DNA from: Dicyema japonicum | Taxonomy: Eukaryota > Animalia > Dicyemida | DNA length: 64,000 nt | NCBI GenBank assembly: GCA_011109175.1 | Contig: RDEW01000022.1 | Span: 494,315-558,314, forward strand | Reading direction: 5' to 3' | Part shown: one piece after another, positions 40,518 through 52,531 of the stretch | Position numbering within the stretch: position 1 is the first letter of the stretch | Layout: the number at the start of each line of letters is the position of its first letter | Made by a program: the position numbers and the translations under genes | The notes under the pieces: generated by a model | Database searches by the model: none | What the model was told of the DNA's origin: nothing | Seen by the model: only the letters and a program-made list of their open reading frames with translations

Positions 40518-41237
40518 ATGACCATAAACTACTTTTCAGTCTTTAAATGTATTTTAAGGAGGGCTTCCATCCTTCCTTACATAGTTGAGACTGCCGGTAC
40601 AGGAGAGAAAATATATGACATACCAACTCGTTTATTAAAAGACCGAATCGTATGCTTAATGGGTCCTGTTTGCATTTATATTTAAAATTCCCAGGTAAAT
40701 GACAGTCTATCATTCAGCATCGTCTCTCAACTACTCTATCTTCAGTCGGAGAGCCCCTCAAAGCCTATCCATATCTACATTAACAGCCCTGGAGGCTCTA
40801 TTTCCTCCGGGCTTGCTATCTATGACACAATGCAGTTTATCTCTCCCCCTATAGCTACTTGGTGTGTGGGTCAGGCTTGTTCAATGGGGTCTCTGCTTCT
40901 GGCTGCTGGGACACGTGGAATGAGATATGCTTTGCCTTCTTCTAGGATCATGGTCCACCAACCAAGTGGTTCCTTTGAAGTTTGTCAATATAATAAACTT
41001 TTAAGGGACAAGCTACGGACATTCTAATTCAGGCAGATCAGATTCAAAAATCAAAAGAACAGATCAAGGGGATGTATTCCTACCACTGTGACCAGACTCC
41101 TGACCTAGTCGGTTTAGTTTTTTCTTATTGTAGCCAATTGGTTGGAGAGGGATAAATTTATGACTGCTGTGGAGGCAAGAGAATGCAGACTCGTTGATAC
41201 CGTCGTTAATTCTTCTAAGACTAAGAAGTCTGTTTGA
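40518..41237 (+). CDS. CLPP: ATP-dependent Clp protease proteolytic subunit, mitochondrial type; three micro-introns
   Basis: Spliced frame: [18 protein letters not shown]|...YINSPGG...QACSMGS...MVHQPSG...ERDKFM. Ser-His-Asp triad intact. Introns of 27, 26 and 22 nt (last at 41112-41133). Confidence 0.95.
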
Positions 41238-41689
41238 TTGTATCCATTTCATTTAATAGGTCTTATTTTTATGTCCTTGTTTTACTTAAGTTAACACGCT
41301 GTTCCTCTATTGACTCCTGTAAAGTCAGGTTCACCTTTTTTATTGCTGATGAACTCAGCAAAGGAAAAGACATTACTGGTCATCTTCAATTTAAATAGAT
41401 AAATTTATTTTCACTAGAAAGTGAAACACTGAAATCCTAGGACGGACATCCGTACTCGAACGTAGGGTTCACCTTTTTTATTGCTGATGAACTCAGCAAA
41501 GGAAAAGACATTACTGGTCATCTTCAATTTAAATAGATAAATTTATTTTCACTAGAAAGTGAAACACTGAAATCCTAGGACGGACATCCGTACTCGAACG
41601 TAGGTATAAGGAGCTGGTTGTATAGGAAAAGCGAACATCAGCATAGGCTCAAAAATAACGAAATCTTTTATAATTATTATATGAACGAT

Positions 41690-43297
41690 TTTTGGTGAGG
41701 TGGTGACGTGCCTCGTTTTTTCTCTGTACAACGGTCAAGAAAATTGTCTGAAAAACACTCATTAAACAATCGAGAACTCAAGCTAATGACGTTTAACGTA
41801 CGTGGAATATCGAAAGATTGGACAAGGAAAGTACTTTGTGACGATCTCGACAAATACAAAATATCTATTGGCTACCTACAAGAGACGAAAATCTAAAATG
41901 GACGTGATGAGACATGGAACAACTACCGACTGATTTTCTTCCCAACTGAATCAAGCACTACGGCATGGGATTTGCTCTACACGTAGAGTATCTCAAAAAA
42001 TTACATCGCTATTGGAGGGTCAACGACCGAATATGTGTCCTACAAGTCAAACTAAATGAACTATGCCTGTCCAAGAGTCTATTAACTGTCATAAATGTCT
42101 ATGCACCACACTGTGGACGAATAATCAAAAACCCTGATGAGCTCGAGGAATTCTACTCAGAACTATCAAGCACATACTCTAATAATGCTTCCTCGTCGCT
42201 TGTCTTTGTTGCGGGAGATATGAATACAAAGGCCAGAATGTGAATGGGGCCCGAAGAATCCTCTATTGGAAGACACGGGCGCGGAAGGAGAAATGCATCT
42301 GGAGCCTCTCTGGTGAACTTCTGTGAGGCAAATAGCCTATTCCTGTGCAACACGGCTTTCATGTATTCTGCTTGCCACAAGACCTCGTGGCATGGACAAA
42401 GAAAAAACTCTGTGGGGAGACTGTGAAAATATATAATCAAATCGACTACATTATATGCCGAAAGTCTAATAAATACCTGCTAAATGATGCACGTTCCTAC
42501 CAGGGGACAACAACTGACAGCGACCACAGGATCGTCATTGCAAAACTATCTGTAAAAAACACTTGACTGGGAAAATATATTGAAAATGCAAAGAAAGCGA
42601 GAAAAAGACCCAATATATACTTTTAGACAGGAAATTGTGGTTTGAGCCCACTTGTAGAGCTAAATATCACGAACAAATCGAGACTCTTATGGATAATACC
42701 GCGCCGGAATCATCAGTACAAACTCTGTGGGATCAAACAAAGCAGGTAATCTCCAAGTCGGCCAACATATGCCTTGGAGTCCGAAATCATTGCGCCATAA
42801 AATTAGATCACCACCCGAACGTGCCAAATATGGCAAAGCATTGCAGAGAGCTACGGCTAAAAGCGGCAAACACGTCAGACGAGAGTAAAGAAAAGCTTAC
42901 TAACAAAAGGAGCTAAAATGGAAAATCAAAAAGATGAACAAAAAACACTCACGGGAAATTATTACATCTTTATTAAAAGATGTGGAATGCCTAAAGGACA
43001 ATTCAAGGATGTATGCGGCTTTGCGACTGCTGCGGACAAAAAAAGGACAAAGCACCTTTCACATCGAAGACAAAAATGGAAAATTCGTGGGTAACCAGGA
43101 AGAAAAAACAGAATTGATTGCACGACACTTCGAAACACTATTGAATAAAGAAAATAAAGACTTTCCCCTTTTTGGGAAGAAGCAAAGGCGATAAAATTCC
43201 CAATCACAGTGGAAGAGGTGGAATTAGCGATAAATAAACTGAAGAACAACAAGAGTGCTGGGCCGGACAACATAAGCCCTGAGCTCCTAAAATATGG
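41690..43297 (+). mobile_element. RTE-like LINE, 5' part (APE to start of RT)
   Basis: MTFNVRG, LQETK, INVYAP, AGDMN, NQIDYI, SDHRIV and KSAGPDNISPELLKY. Confidence 0.88.
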
Positions 43298-43399
43298 ATT
43301 TTGTCAGAAAAGGGGAAGGGGTTTTCGTCTGTAGATATAAGATGGAAGGAGCTGCTTGCGACACGGGAAAGCCTCTTTTTTATCGTCGACATTTATACA

Positions 43400-45310
43400 T
43401 TCGAAGACCCCAAGCTATATGGAACACTGATTGTGAATTTATTTCTGTTGACATTTTCTGTGACGATGTGTGGATTATTATTGGTGGAATGTATTCGAAG
43501 ACTCTTATTAATTGTGTGGACAGTATCGGCCAGTTTTCGATTGACTATCCGAAATCTATTTTGGTTGGAGATTTTAATTCTAAGCTCGTTCTTTTTGGGT
43601 GTGGTACGACAAATCAGGATGGACGAAGATTGAGATATTTATCCTATTGGCTTCGAGGTTTTGACATCCAAGGAACCAATTCATTATTCGTAAATAGGTG
43701 GTGATAAACTTGGTGTTTTTCTGGTGTCTTTATCTCTTATTGCGCAAGTCTTATCGGAGGCTTGTACCTCCTGGATATAAATCAGATGTTATTAATTTGA
43801 AAAGATCCGATGGCAGTGTTGTCACCGAAGCGGATTTCTTAATGCCTTTCGGGAGATGCTCGATAGAATTTAAGGGATTGATTCAAAGGATCTAGTGCCC
43901 GAAGAATTTCTTTCAAGTATGAAAATTCTGGAAAAGCATTTTGGGACATGCCTCATGAAGATAATTACTAAAGAGGTGAAACAAACTATTATGGAGTGCC
44001 GAGATAAATCTCATGGACTGGACAAGATACGCCTTAAATTATTCAAGGATTGCCTTTTTGAGGTCCTCTGTTACCTATTTGGAGCAAGTCTCAATATAGG
44101 ATATATATTTCAAGCTTAGAAGGATTCAATTATTCGGATGATCCTAAAACCAGGAAAATCGAGAACGGATCTTTTGGGCTATAGACCTATTAGTCTAATA
44201 AACTCAATTTCGAAAATCACTGAGAGGCTGATTTATAAATGACTTACGCGCCATATCGAATCACGGAATTTTTTAAGCAAGAAACAATGAGGCTTTCGTC
44301 CATGGAGATCATGTTGATATTGTTTTTCAATCTTGAACTCAGATTGAGAAGGCTAGGAACTTTAAATATCAGCTGAGTGTCGTCTGCTTGGATATATCGA
44401 AAGCCTTGGACCGAGAGAGATTGGACCGCTTGTGTCTAATAAATTGTAAATTTGAGCATTATGTAACGCGTAGCGCCTGTGACAGATTATTTTAGTTTTC
44501 TAGTGATAAGAAACACCACGTAGCGTGAAATGAGGCTTCGCATCCGTTATGTACGCCTACACCCGGTTGGATTGGGTATAATTTTTTAGAGACAAGCCTG
44601 GAAGCAATTTTCGGAAATAGTTGTCAACTGCAATGGGACGGACGCCTCCATCAAGTTTTGTCAGCTAGTCGCAGCTGGAATTCCAAAACTTTTACTTGAT
44701 TGTTTAAGAAATCTTCTGATAGGGAGAAGATCACTTGTGATATGTGGAAGATTTACTTCTGAAGAGATTGTTATGAAAATGGGAGTGCCACAAGGCTCAG
44801 TCTTAAGTCCTCTGCTATTTAATATAATTATGAGAGATTTTCCGGCTTTCATGAATCCTAGAACTAACGTGATTATTTACACAGACGACATACTGATATC
44901 AGATATCTCGAAAAGTCCGGTAGTGTCAGAGAGAATACTACGTGGATTTTTGGAAGCTATTCTATGGTAGTGTAAATCCCGTGGCTTAAGTTTCTCAATG
45001 GAAAAGTCAAAAGCCATGAAAAAGTTTTTTCTACAGGAGTCACTTTGAGTGGTATCGGAAATGTTGATCATTTGCGTTATTTGAGTGTCTGTTTTGGATA
45101 TAGAGGAGATTCTGTTGAAGATGTCAAAATGAAAAGAAAAAGACTCACTAAGCACTTCTCTGTCTACGAAAAATAGGTTTGAAGAAGGAGACGTTTATCT
45201 TTATTTTTGATAGAAATATTCTGCCCTCTCCATATACGGATGTGAAGGATAGTATTTTTCGCCCATAAGGTAAAGAATAATCAATCTTTTGGACAAGACC
45301 AGGAGGATGG
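43400..45310 (+). mobile_element. Decayed I/Jockey-group LINE ORF2 with a CRE-derived insert at about 44413-44660
   Basis: VGDFN, KPGK...YRPISL, GVPQGSVLSPLLFN and YTDDI. 44522-44655 is the reverse complement of CRE sequence at about 38340-38472. Confidence 0.75.
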
Positions 45311-45329
45311 AAATCAAGTTGGCCTTCCA

Positions 45330-47000
45330 ATAAAGGGGTGAAGAATCACTAGATAAGGAGGAAACCCTGACCAAGTCAGTAAAGAGTGTGGTAGTGGAAC
45401 GGATCGAGGGTTTTCCCTTAGAACCAAAGTGGATGAAACTTCATTCAGAAGATACTGCAACTCTGACAAAATGGCCTTTTTTGAAGCCATGAACGGCACT
45501 TGTCCCTTTGGACCGGACACCCACCGGTTCAGAACGATAACCTCAAAACCATCGGAAATCGTAATAAAGAACCTACCCCTCTGGGTTGAGGACAACGACC
45601 TCATGGACTACATCGGACACCCACCGGTTCAGAACGATAACCTCAAAACCATCGGAAATCGTAATAAAGAACCTACCCCTCTGGGTTGAGGACAACGACC
45701 TCATGGACTACCTACAGGCAAAAGAAGGTCACTAGAATGTCTTGAGGAGCACACACGATGCCAATGGCGAAATCGTCAATCAGAGGCCACATAGCTAGTA
45801 TATTGTGGCCTCTCCATTGGAAGGAACGTGATCACTTGAGAGTGGATGAGAAGAGGCCCGCTGATTTGCTTTAGCTGTCAGCAAGTCGGGCACTTTGCAC
45901 ACCAGTGTAAGGAAAGAATGTGCGGGAGAAAATAATATCTTCGATTACAATATGGATCCGGGATTAAAAATTAATTGTGTTAACTGTGGATCTTCCAAGC
46001 ACGGGGCCAGATATGGAGGATGCCCCGTGTTATTGGAAGCCAAACATAAACTTGATGTTCGCAACAACAAAAGGGAACCAAGACAGACGGGATTAAAAAT
46101 TAATTGTGTTAACTGTGGATCTTCCAAGCACGGGGCCAGATATGGAGGATGCCCCGTGTTATTGGAAGCCAAACATAAACTTGATGTTCGCAACAACAAA
46201 AGGGAACCAAGACAGAAAGATAATACCAACACTAAAATCAACAAAGGGACTCCGCCGAGAATAACTACCGAATCATTGAAAGCGATATAAAAAAGAATAA
46301 TCGCCCTCAAATAATAAACAATGAACCGGTTCGACAGGCACGAAAATTGGCTCGGCAAGCACGAAGTGATATGCCTGACAAGATCTCAAAAGAACTGAGA
46401 GATATAATCTAGAGACTAAAAAAATGAGCAAAATTATTGGTGTGGATTTACGAAAAATGGCGATGGAGAGCCCAGGCCACCCAAAAACCAGTTAAAAAGA
46501 TGTCTGAAATAGTGCTGGTGAATGCCCGATCCTTGAGGAAGAGGCATCATGATCTAGTATTACTTTTGACAGCCAAAAGGATTGCCGTCCTGGTGGTCAA
46601 CGGAATTAAGGTGATACAAACCAACACTACTATGCTTGAGGGATTGAACTCTACAGGAATACCATGGGCAGAAGTTGTCTAGGCTGGTACTAGAACCACA
46701 CTGTTCTACAAATACGGAAGCCAAAAATTATCCTGGGAAAATAATGCGAATTTATCAATTCTACCAAAACTCTTATTTTCACAAGAATAATCCTACCGAA
46801 ACTGTTAAATAGATGCTATCCACAAAAATGGATAGAAAATTGTCACTATTAAGAAAATTTAGAAGATCAGCGATAAAGTTATCCCTGGGCAAAAGACTAC
46901 GCGATGTCCTGTGTACTGAAGAGACTCTTGCTCCAGTTAGCAGATTGTTGAAAAAAGATCTTCAAAATTTTACACTAGAAAGCAAATTAATAATTGAGGT
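45330..47000 (+). mobile_element. LINE ORF1 (gag-like, CCHC knuckles) followed by an APE remnant
   Basis: CFSCQQVGHFAHQC and CVNCGSSKHGARYGGC, then VLVNARSL. Confidence 0.75.
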
Positions 47001-47186
47001 GGAGGACGTCGGAAGTAGGTCTCAAAGGCGGACTAATTAATAACCCCTATATCTAACTCCGAATTCTGTTTTCTAATAAAGCTAAGTTGTCAAATTAGTT
47101 TATTGAGGTATTGCTAATACCAATGCTTTCTCAGCTGAATTGTAGGATTCGTATACGATTATAAATTTTAAAAAATTAAAAACAAT

Positions 47187-48644
47187 CTAATACGAAATTA
47201 GAATGAAATAAGTCCCAATAAAATACAACGCCGAAAATAACACCAAAAACAGACGATCAAGGATCCCTGCTGCTTTGTTCCAGTCATCATCGATCTAACA
47301 ATAAAGGATAATAGTACCTCTTCATCTTCTTTTTTATTTTTGAAAAATTCTGAAATTTGGTATACCGCTTTGAAAAATATATTTAATTTTCCTCCATTTT
47401 TTAGTGATTTTAATGGTTTATTTAATTTATAATTTAAATCGAAATTGATTTCTTGCTCTTGTTGTTCCTCGTTTTCAATTACAATTTTCTTTGGTTTTTT
47501 CTTTTTTCTGCAAAAATTCTTCATAAATAAAAGCTTCGGCAATATTATGAAGAATATCTTTTTGGTCAGAGGTGTGAAGGTATGAGTTCCTGGAGACCTG
47601 ACCTTAACATTGAGGACGATGACTGCACAGATGATGGAGAGTGTCACTAGAATCAATGTGAACAGTAGATATTCCCCCACCAGAGAGATAACGAGGGACG
47701 TCGGAGGGATCAGGTCGACCAAAAAGAGAATATATACCGTCATGATCTGTAGAATGGACACACAAAGCGTCATTTTTTCGCTACTATCTGCCGGAAGGAT
47801 AAACACAAGGACTGTTATGGAGGAAATTATGGCACAGGGGACAATGAAGTTGATCACATAAAACAGTGGTTTCCTTCTCACAGTAAATGAGAAGGTCACA
47901 TCAATGTATGGCTCTATACAGCATTTGTAGTAACGGATATTACGTTTTACGCTGGTATTGACCAACTCCCACTCAATACTTTTCGAATATTCCGTTAAAT
48001 CAACGGTAACGGGTCCAGAGTCTCGTTTATAACTTGTAGATGAAGGAAGGAGGTCGACTATAAATCCTCCGTAGGTCCATGAACTAAACTTCATCTTGCA
48101 GTTTTGCTCGTCGAAGGGGAATCTGTCAACGTTGATGTCACAGAAGCTGTAGTAGATCATGGAAGGTTCCCAAACTACGGTCCCGTCGTGGTTAAGAGTC
48201 AGTTTGGTTGAGTGGTCGAGTTGGAACTGACCTTCAGCGCTAGATTTATTCACATATGGGTACTTGTCGTATAAAACAATGTCTGGGGTCCAAATTGAGT
48301 CTGAGGGAAGTCGAATGTTCTTAATGTTTTCGTATTGTAAAGGGTTCCACGTAAGGGCTGGATCCGTCCACCGCTGGAATGAGGAATTGCGGTTACCTGC
48401 TGCATCCTTACATCGAAGGTGATCACTTGGTTTTTGGTATCCTAAAACTGAGATAATGATGGCAGACCACATTGATGATCTCTCTGAGGACGAGGCCTAT
48501 GAAGACCTTTAGAGGTTGTGAGTCATGTGTCATTGGTCTAGCCATTTTAGCGAATCCTTCAGTTCTCTTCATAACGTCGTTGTATAGGTCCTGTTCAGAG
48601 TTGATAGCCATTAGAGCATGTATTAGAAAATATAGAATGTACAT
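47187..48644 (-). CDS. Nicotinic acetylcholine receptor alpha-type subunit (Cys-loop channel); four micro-introns
   Basis: Signal peptide, WTPDIVLY, Cys-loop CDINVDRFPFDEQNC, SWTY, loop C YYKCCIEPY, M1-M3, and M4 preceded by DW...LDR. Introns at 48442-48467, 48374-48396, 48240-48263 and 47295-47317. Confidence 0.95.
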
Positions 48645-48739
48645 TAATTATATCGATGATTGTGTATTTATGATTATATTCGATTACTGGTCACATTTGG
48701 TAATGATTGACAACTTTGTAATATTCTATCTCTGACCTA

Positions 48740-50540
48740 CCTTCTTCAAGGACTATGGAAGAACCCCAAGGCCAATGACCTGTTGATGTGGAGTCCCTTT
48801 ACAAAACGATCTGAGATGACCTAAGAAGGACGAACGGATAGGGTGCACCTATTCAGTTTTTGCGTCTTACACATTGGGACTTAATCAAGATGGTCACGGA
48901 AAGGAGTCTCTCGATACCACTATGAGCACCATCATTCGTTCTTTATGGGAGGAACTCGCATCCCCACAGCTTCTAACCAAGATGGTCACGGAAAGGAGTC
49001 TCTCGATACCACTATGAGCACCATCATTCGTTCTTTATGGGAGGAACTCGCATCCCCACAGCTTCTAACCGTACACGAGAGACACATGGTCAGAACATGG
49101 AAGTCGAAGTGCTCACTCTCAAAAGAACTGTTTGCTTGAAGTTAATCGAAGGTGGCATCCGGGCAGCCATCAGGGTACTTTCCTCAAGTGGACCGTAAAA
49201 ACCGACTCCCGACGTCTACAATATTTTACAGTACAAGCACCACCTGCCACCCTAAAACCTACGTCCAGTCGCTCCTCATCCGGAGTGAGTCCACTGACTG
49301 CATCAAACGATGAAGTTCTCCCCGCAATACGGAATTTTGCCACTAGTAGCAATGGCGGGCTCGACGGAATGAGACCTGGCTATCTAAAAGATCTAATCTT
49401 TCCGTAGGAGACCAAAGACTTCTCACGAATTCAATTACCTCACTTATGAACCAAATTCTGTATGGAGTGGATCCCGAAATTATCTGTCATGCCCTGGAAG
49501 GCGGCGGAGTACGACCGGTTGTAGTCAGGTTTGTCTTCAGAAGGCTGGCTGCTATCATTTCGCCTGGGATGCGAGACCGCTGTCCATTCAGTGAGGACAT
49601 TCCTAAACAGCAGTATAGAAGATCCCCGGGAGCATTTCCTTGTCAAACTGGAGATCAAGAAAATCGTCAATAGTCTAAGGAGAGACAATATCCTGGAAAC
49701 GTGTATTGAGATATATCATAATATTTTTGAATTTGTGAATCAGTCATACATCCTACTTTCATCTTTCTTTTCGGGGACCACCTAATCCCTTTGTATCCCG
49801 GAGTGCAACTGGGATATTGCCCTGGACCTGCTGTTTTGTCTTGCAATATAGAAAATCATTAAACCTTCGAGTCCGCCTCTCAACCTATGGTATCTGGATG
49901 ATTCGGACCTCGGAGGAGCCCCAGATACTGTTTTCCATGATTGGAGGTGATAATTCCAGCACTGTCAGAAGTTGGACTGGAATTTAATCACACAAAATGT
50001 AAAATCACAATTGTGGACTTTCAGAAGAGAAATATTTAATTTTTTCCGAATTTACTACCTAAAAGAATATCCACACCCGATGAAAACCTTATATTACTCG
50101 GATCCCCATTCACCATACATGCAATGAGGAGAGCTATATGTGAAAAACGACTATTACTCGGAGAGAGATCGGACCGCTTGTGTCTAATTGAGGTGCATAC
50201 GTCATTATTCCTCCTGAAAAGCAGCCTCAATACACAAACCTCTTGTCTGCCAAGTCACCTGCACCGACACGTTTGCCTTTTGCAACCTACTCCAGAGTGC
50301 CTCTGGAGCCTGTTATGCAGCTGAGAAGGCTGAGGTGAAACGAACAAAGTACACGGTCCTACCAAATGATATTTTGTGCGTTCTACTTGCGGTTGAGACG
50401 TCTGGTTCCCTTGCACCGGCGACGATGAAATTCTTGAATCGTCTAGGGAATCAAATTTCTAAGGAGATTCCCGCGAAAGCTGCTGGTTATTTGAGCAAAT
50501 CTTGCTCACCATCCTGTGAGGGAAAAGCTACGCATTAGGA
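48740..50540 (+). mobile_element. CRE-like retrotransposon, decayed and internally deleted
   Basis: GGLDGMRPGYLKDL, LGCETAVHSVR, LWYLDD and AVETSG. Confidence 0.8.
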
Positions 50541-50720
50541 CGACCGCTATGTGAACATTTGCTCACTTTTTTTTCCGTAATAAATTGTAGAATTTTTCTA
50601 ACAAAACTTAGTAATTCAGATAAACGTATACACATGAGTGATAACTCTGAGACGACCAGAATAAATACCTTCTAATTTTTAACACTAACGTCGGAAGTAA
50701 TTTATTCAGGTCGTCTCAGA

Positions 50721-50758
50721 NNNNNNNNNNNNNNNNNNNNNNNNNNNNNNNNNNNNNN
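50721..50758. other. Assembly gap with duplicated flanks
   Basis: Run of N; about 50568-50703 is repeated at about 50759-50894. Confidence 0.95.
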
Positions 50759-51244
50759 TTTTTTTCCGTAATAAATTGTAGAATTTTTCTAACAAAACTT
50801 AGTAATTCAGATAAACGTATACACATGAGTGATAACTCTGAGACGACCAGAATAAATACCTTCTAATTTTTAACACTAACGTCGGAAGTAATTTCCTACA
50901 GCAATTGGACGAATTCCTCCATTTGGTTTGACACATGTCTCTGGGGACATTTAGAATCTTTGACACAAGATAGATACCAGATTTAGTCTGGCCTCAGTCA
51001 TAGCATCCTCTTCCGTTACAGAGAATTCGGTATCCGGATGTAAGACAATAAATCGTAGGTCTTTGGTGGACCCGGGGGAGTAGATAGTTTTTCCAAGCCA
51101 TATCGGTTTTGACCGCCTAAGAAGATATGAGACATAGGAAAATCATAAACATTGTCGATTAAAGGATTGAAAATGGAGACGAGTAAATATAATAATTTCC
51201 TATAGACATAACCATGTAAATAACAGAGAATACAAACAAACTAA

Positions 51245-51722
51245 TTAATATCTATATTTAGTTGAGTAATCTTTGGGAGAGATGACTTGTCCCTTACCCT
51301 TTCTAGCCCCTCTAAACACTGTCTCTATAATATCTATTAACTCCTGGGCATTATCAAGAGCCCAGTTAATCTTGTTGTTATTCCCAGTCCCCAAATCAAT
51401 CATCATATGTTTATTACGGTAGAAAAACATCAATGTACAGGGATCGTAGAGTTCATACATCTCGTTAAAGTCAGGGACCTACATTTTAACATTTATTTGT
51501 ACCTTTTTTGTGTCAACCAGGTATATTACTGCAAAATTCTTTATTTTCTCAGCTATTTTATACAGTACTTCGTCCATTATCATGCAAGTTGGGTCCCAAT
51601 CGTGACCAAATCTGACTACGACTACTCTCTCTTCTTCTGAAAGAATAGCTTGGTCGACCTATACCTTTAATTTTTTAATGTACCTGCCAACCATTTGTCA
51701 AGTGAGGTAACATGTAGGACAT
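51245..51722 (-). CDS. TXNL4A: U5 snRNP thioredoxin-like protein Dim1; two micro-introns (25 and 24 nt)
   Basis: MSYMLPHLTNGWQ|VDQAILSEE...RFGHDWDPTCM...|VPDFNEMYELYDPCT...SPKDYSTKYRY. Confidence 0.97.
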
Positions 51723-51849
51723 TTTACCACCACGACTCAAAATTTTATTAATTTTTAAACCATTTAAATATACAAAATCTATTTTAATTATAATTAAAAA
51801 AAGTATGAAAATTGCTGGTTAATTGATAGAATAGAGAGATTCAAAAAAA

Positions 51850-52492
51850 TCAAACTATCTATCGAAGCCCAAACCTTCACAGGAATGCGTCCTCGTAGTG
51901 TTCAATCAACTCCTAAAACCGACGATTGAGTACGCTTGTGCCTCATGGGCCTATGGAGCTTCGATATCAAATTCACTCAAGATAAATACCCTAATTGAAA
52001 AACTTATCGAAGTCCAAACCTTCACAGGAATGCGCCCTCGTCGTGTTCAATCAACTCCTAAAACCGCCGATTGAGTACGCTTGTGCCTCATAGGCCTATG
52101 GAGCTTCGATATCAAATTCACTCAAGATAAATACCCTAATTGAAAAACTAGCACGTCAAAACGAATCTACCCCCGATCTTTTCCCTCCAATGCTTGACCA
52201 CGCCGCAATCAAAACTAATGGCTCCGGCTTCATCTGTCTGTGTGGCCAAGAAACAAGTCGTTTCTTCCATTCAAGGCTAAAGGCCTCAAATACACGAAAT
52301 TTGGAGAAACAACCCACCCCTCTTCAAACTCTAATGAAAGATGATCGTCGTCTATTCAGGAAAGCCGTGGGTACTCTGGAGGAACATGGAAAAACCTCTC
52401 GATCCTGTTGAGGCCTACCGGGATCACTTAATTAGTTGGATTACTCCTTCTTTCTTGGTGTTCCCTTTTCCGGGTTATTAAATAAATAAATA
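51850..52492 (+). mobile_element. 3' fragment of an Ingi-like LINE, in tandem upstream of a full-length relative
   Basis: 52150-52490 closely matches 55140-55485. GGATCACTTAATTAG at 52421-52435 and TAAA tail. Confidence 0.85.
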
Positions 52493-52531
52493 ATCTAACA
52501 GCTATCTAACAGCTCAGAACGTTAGAAACGT

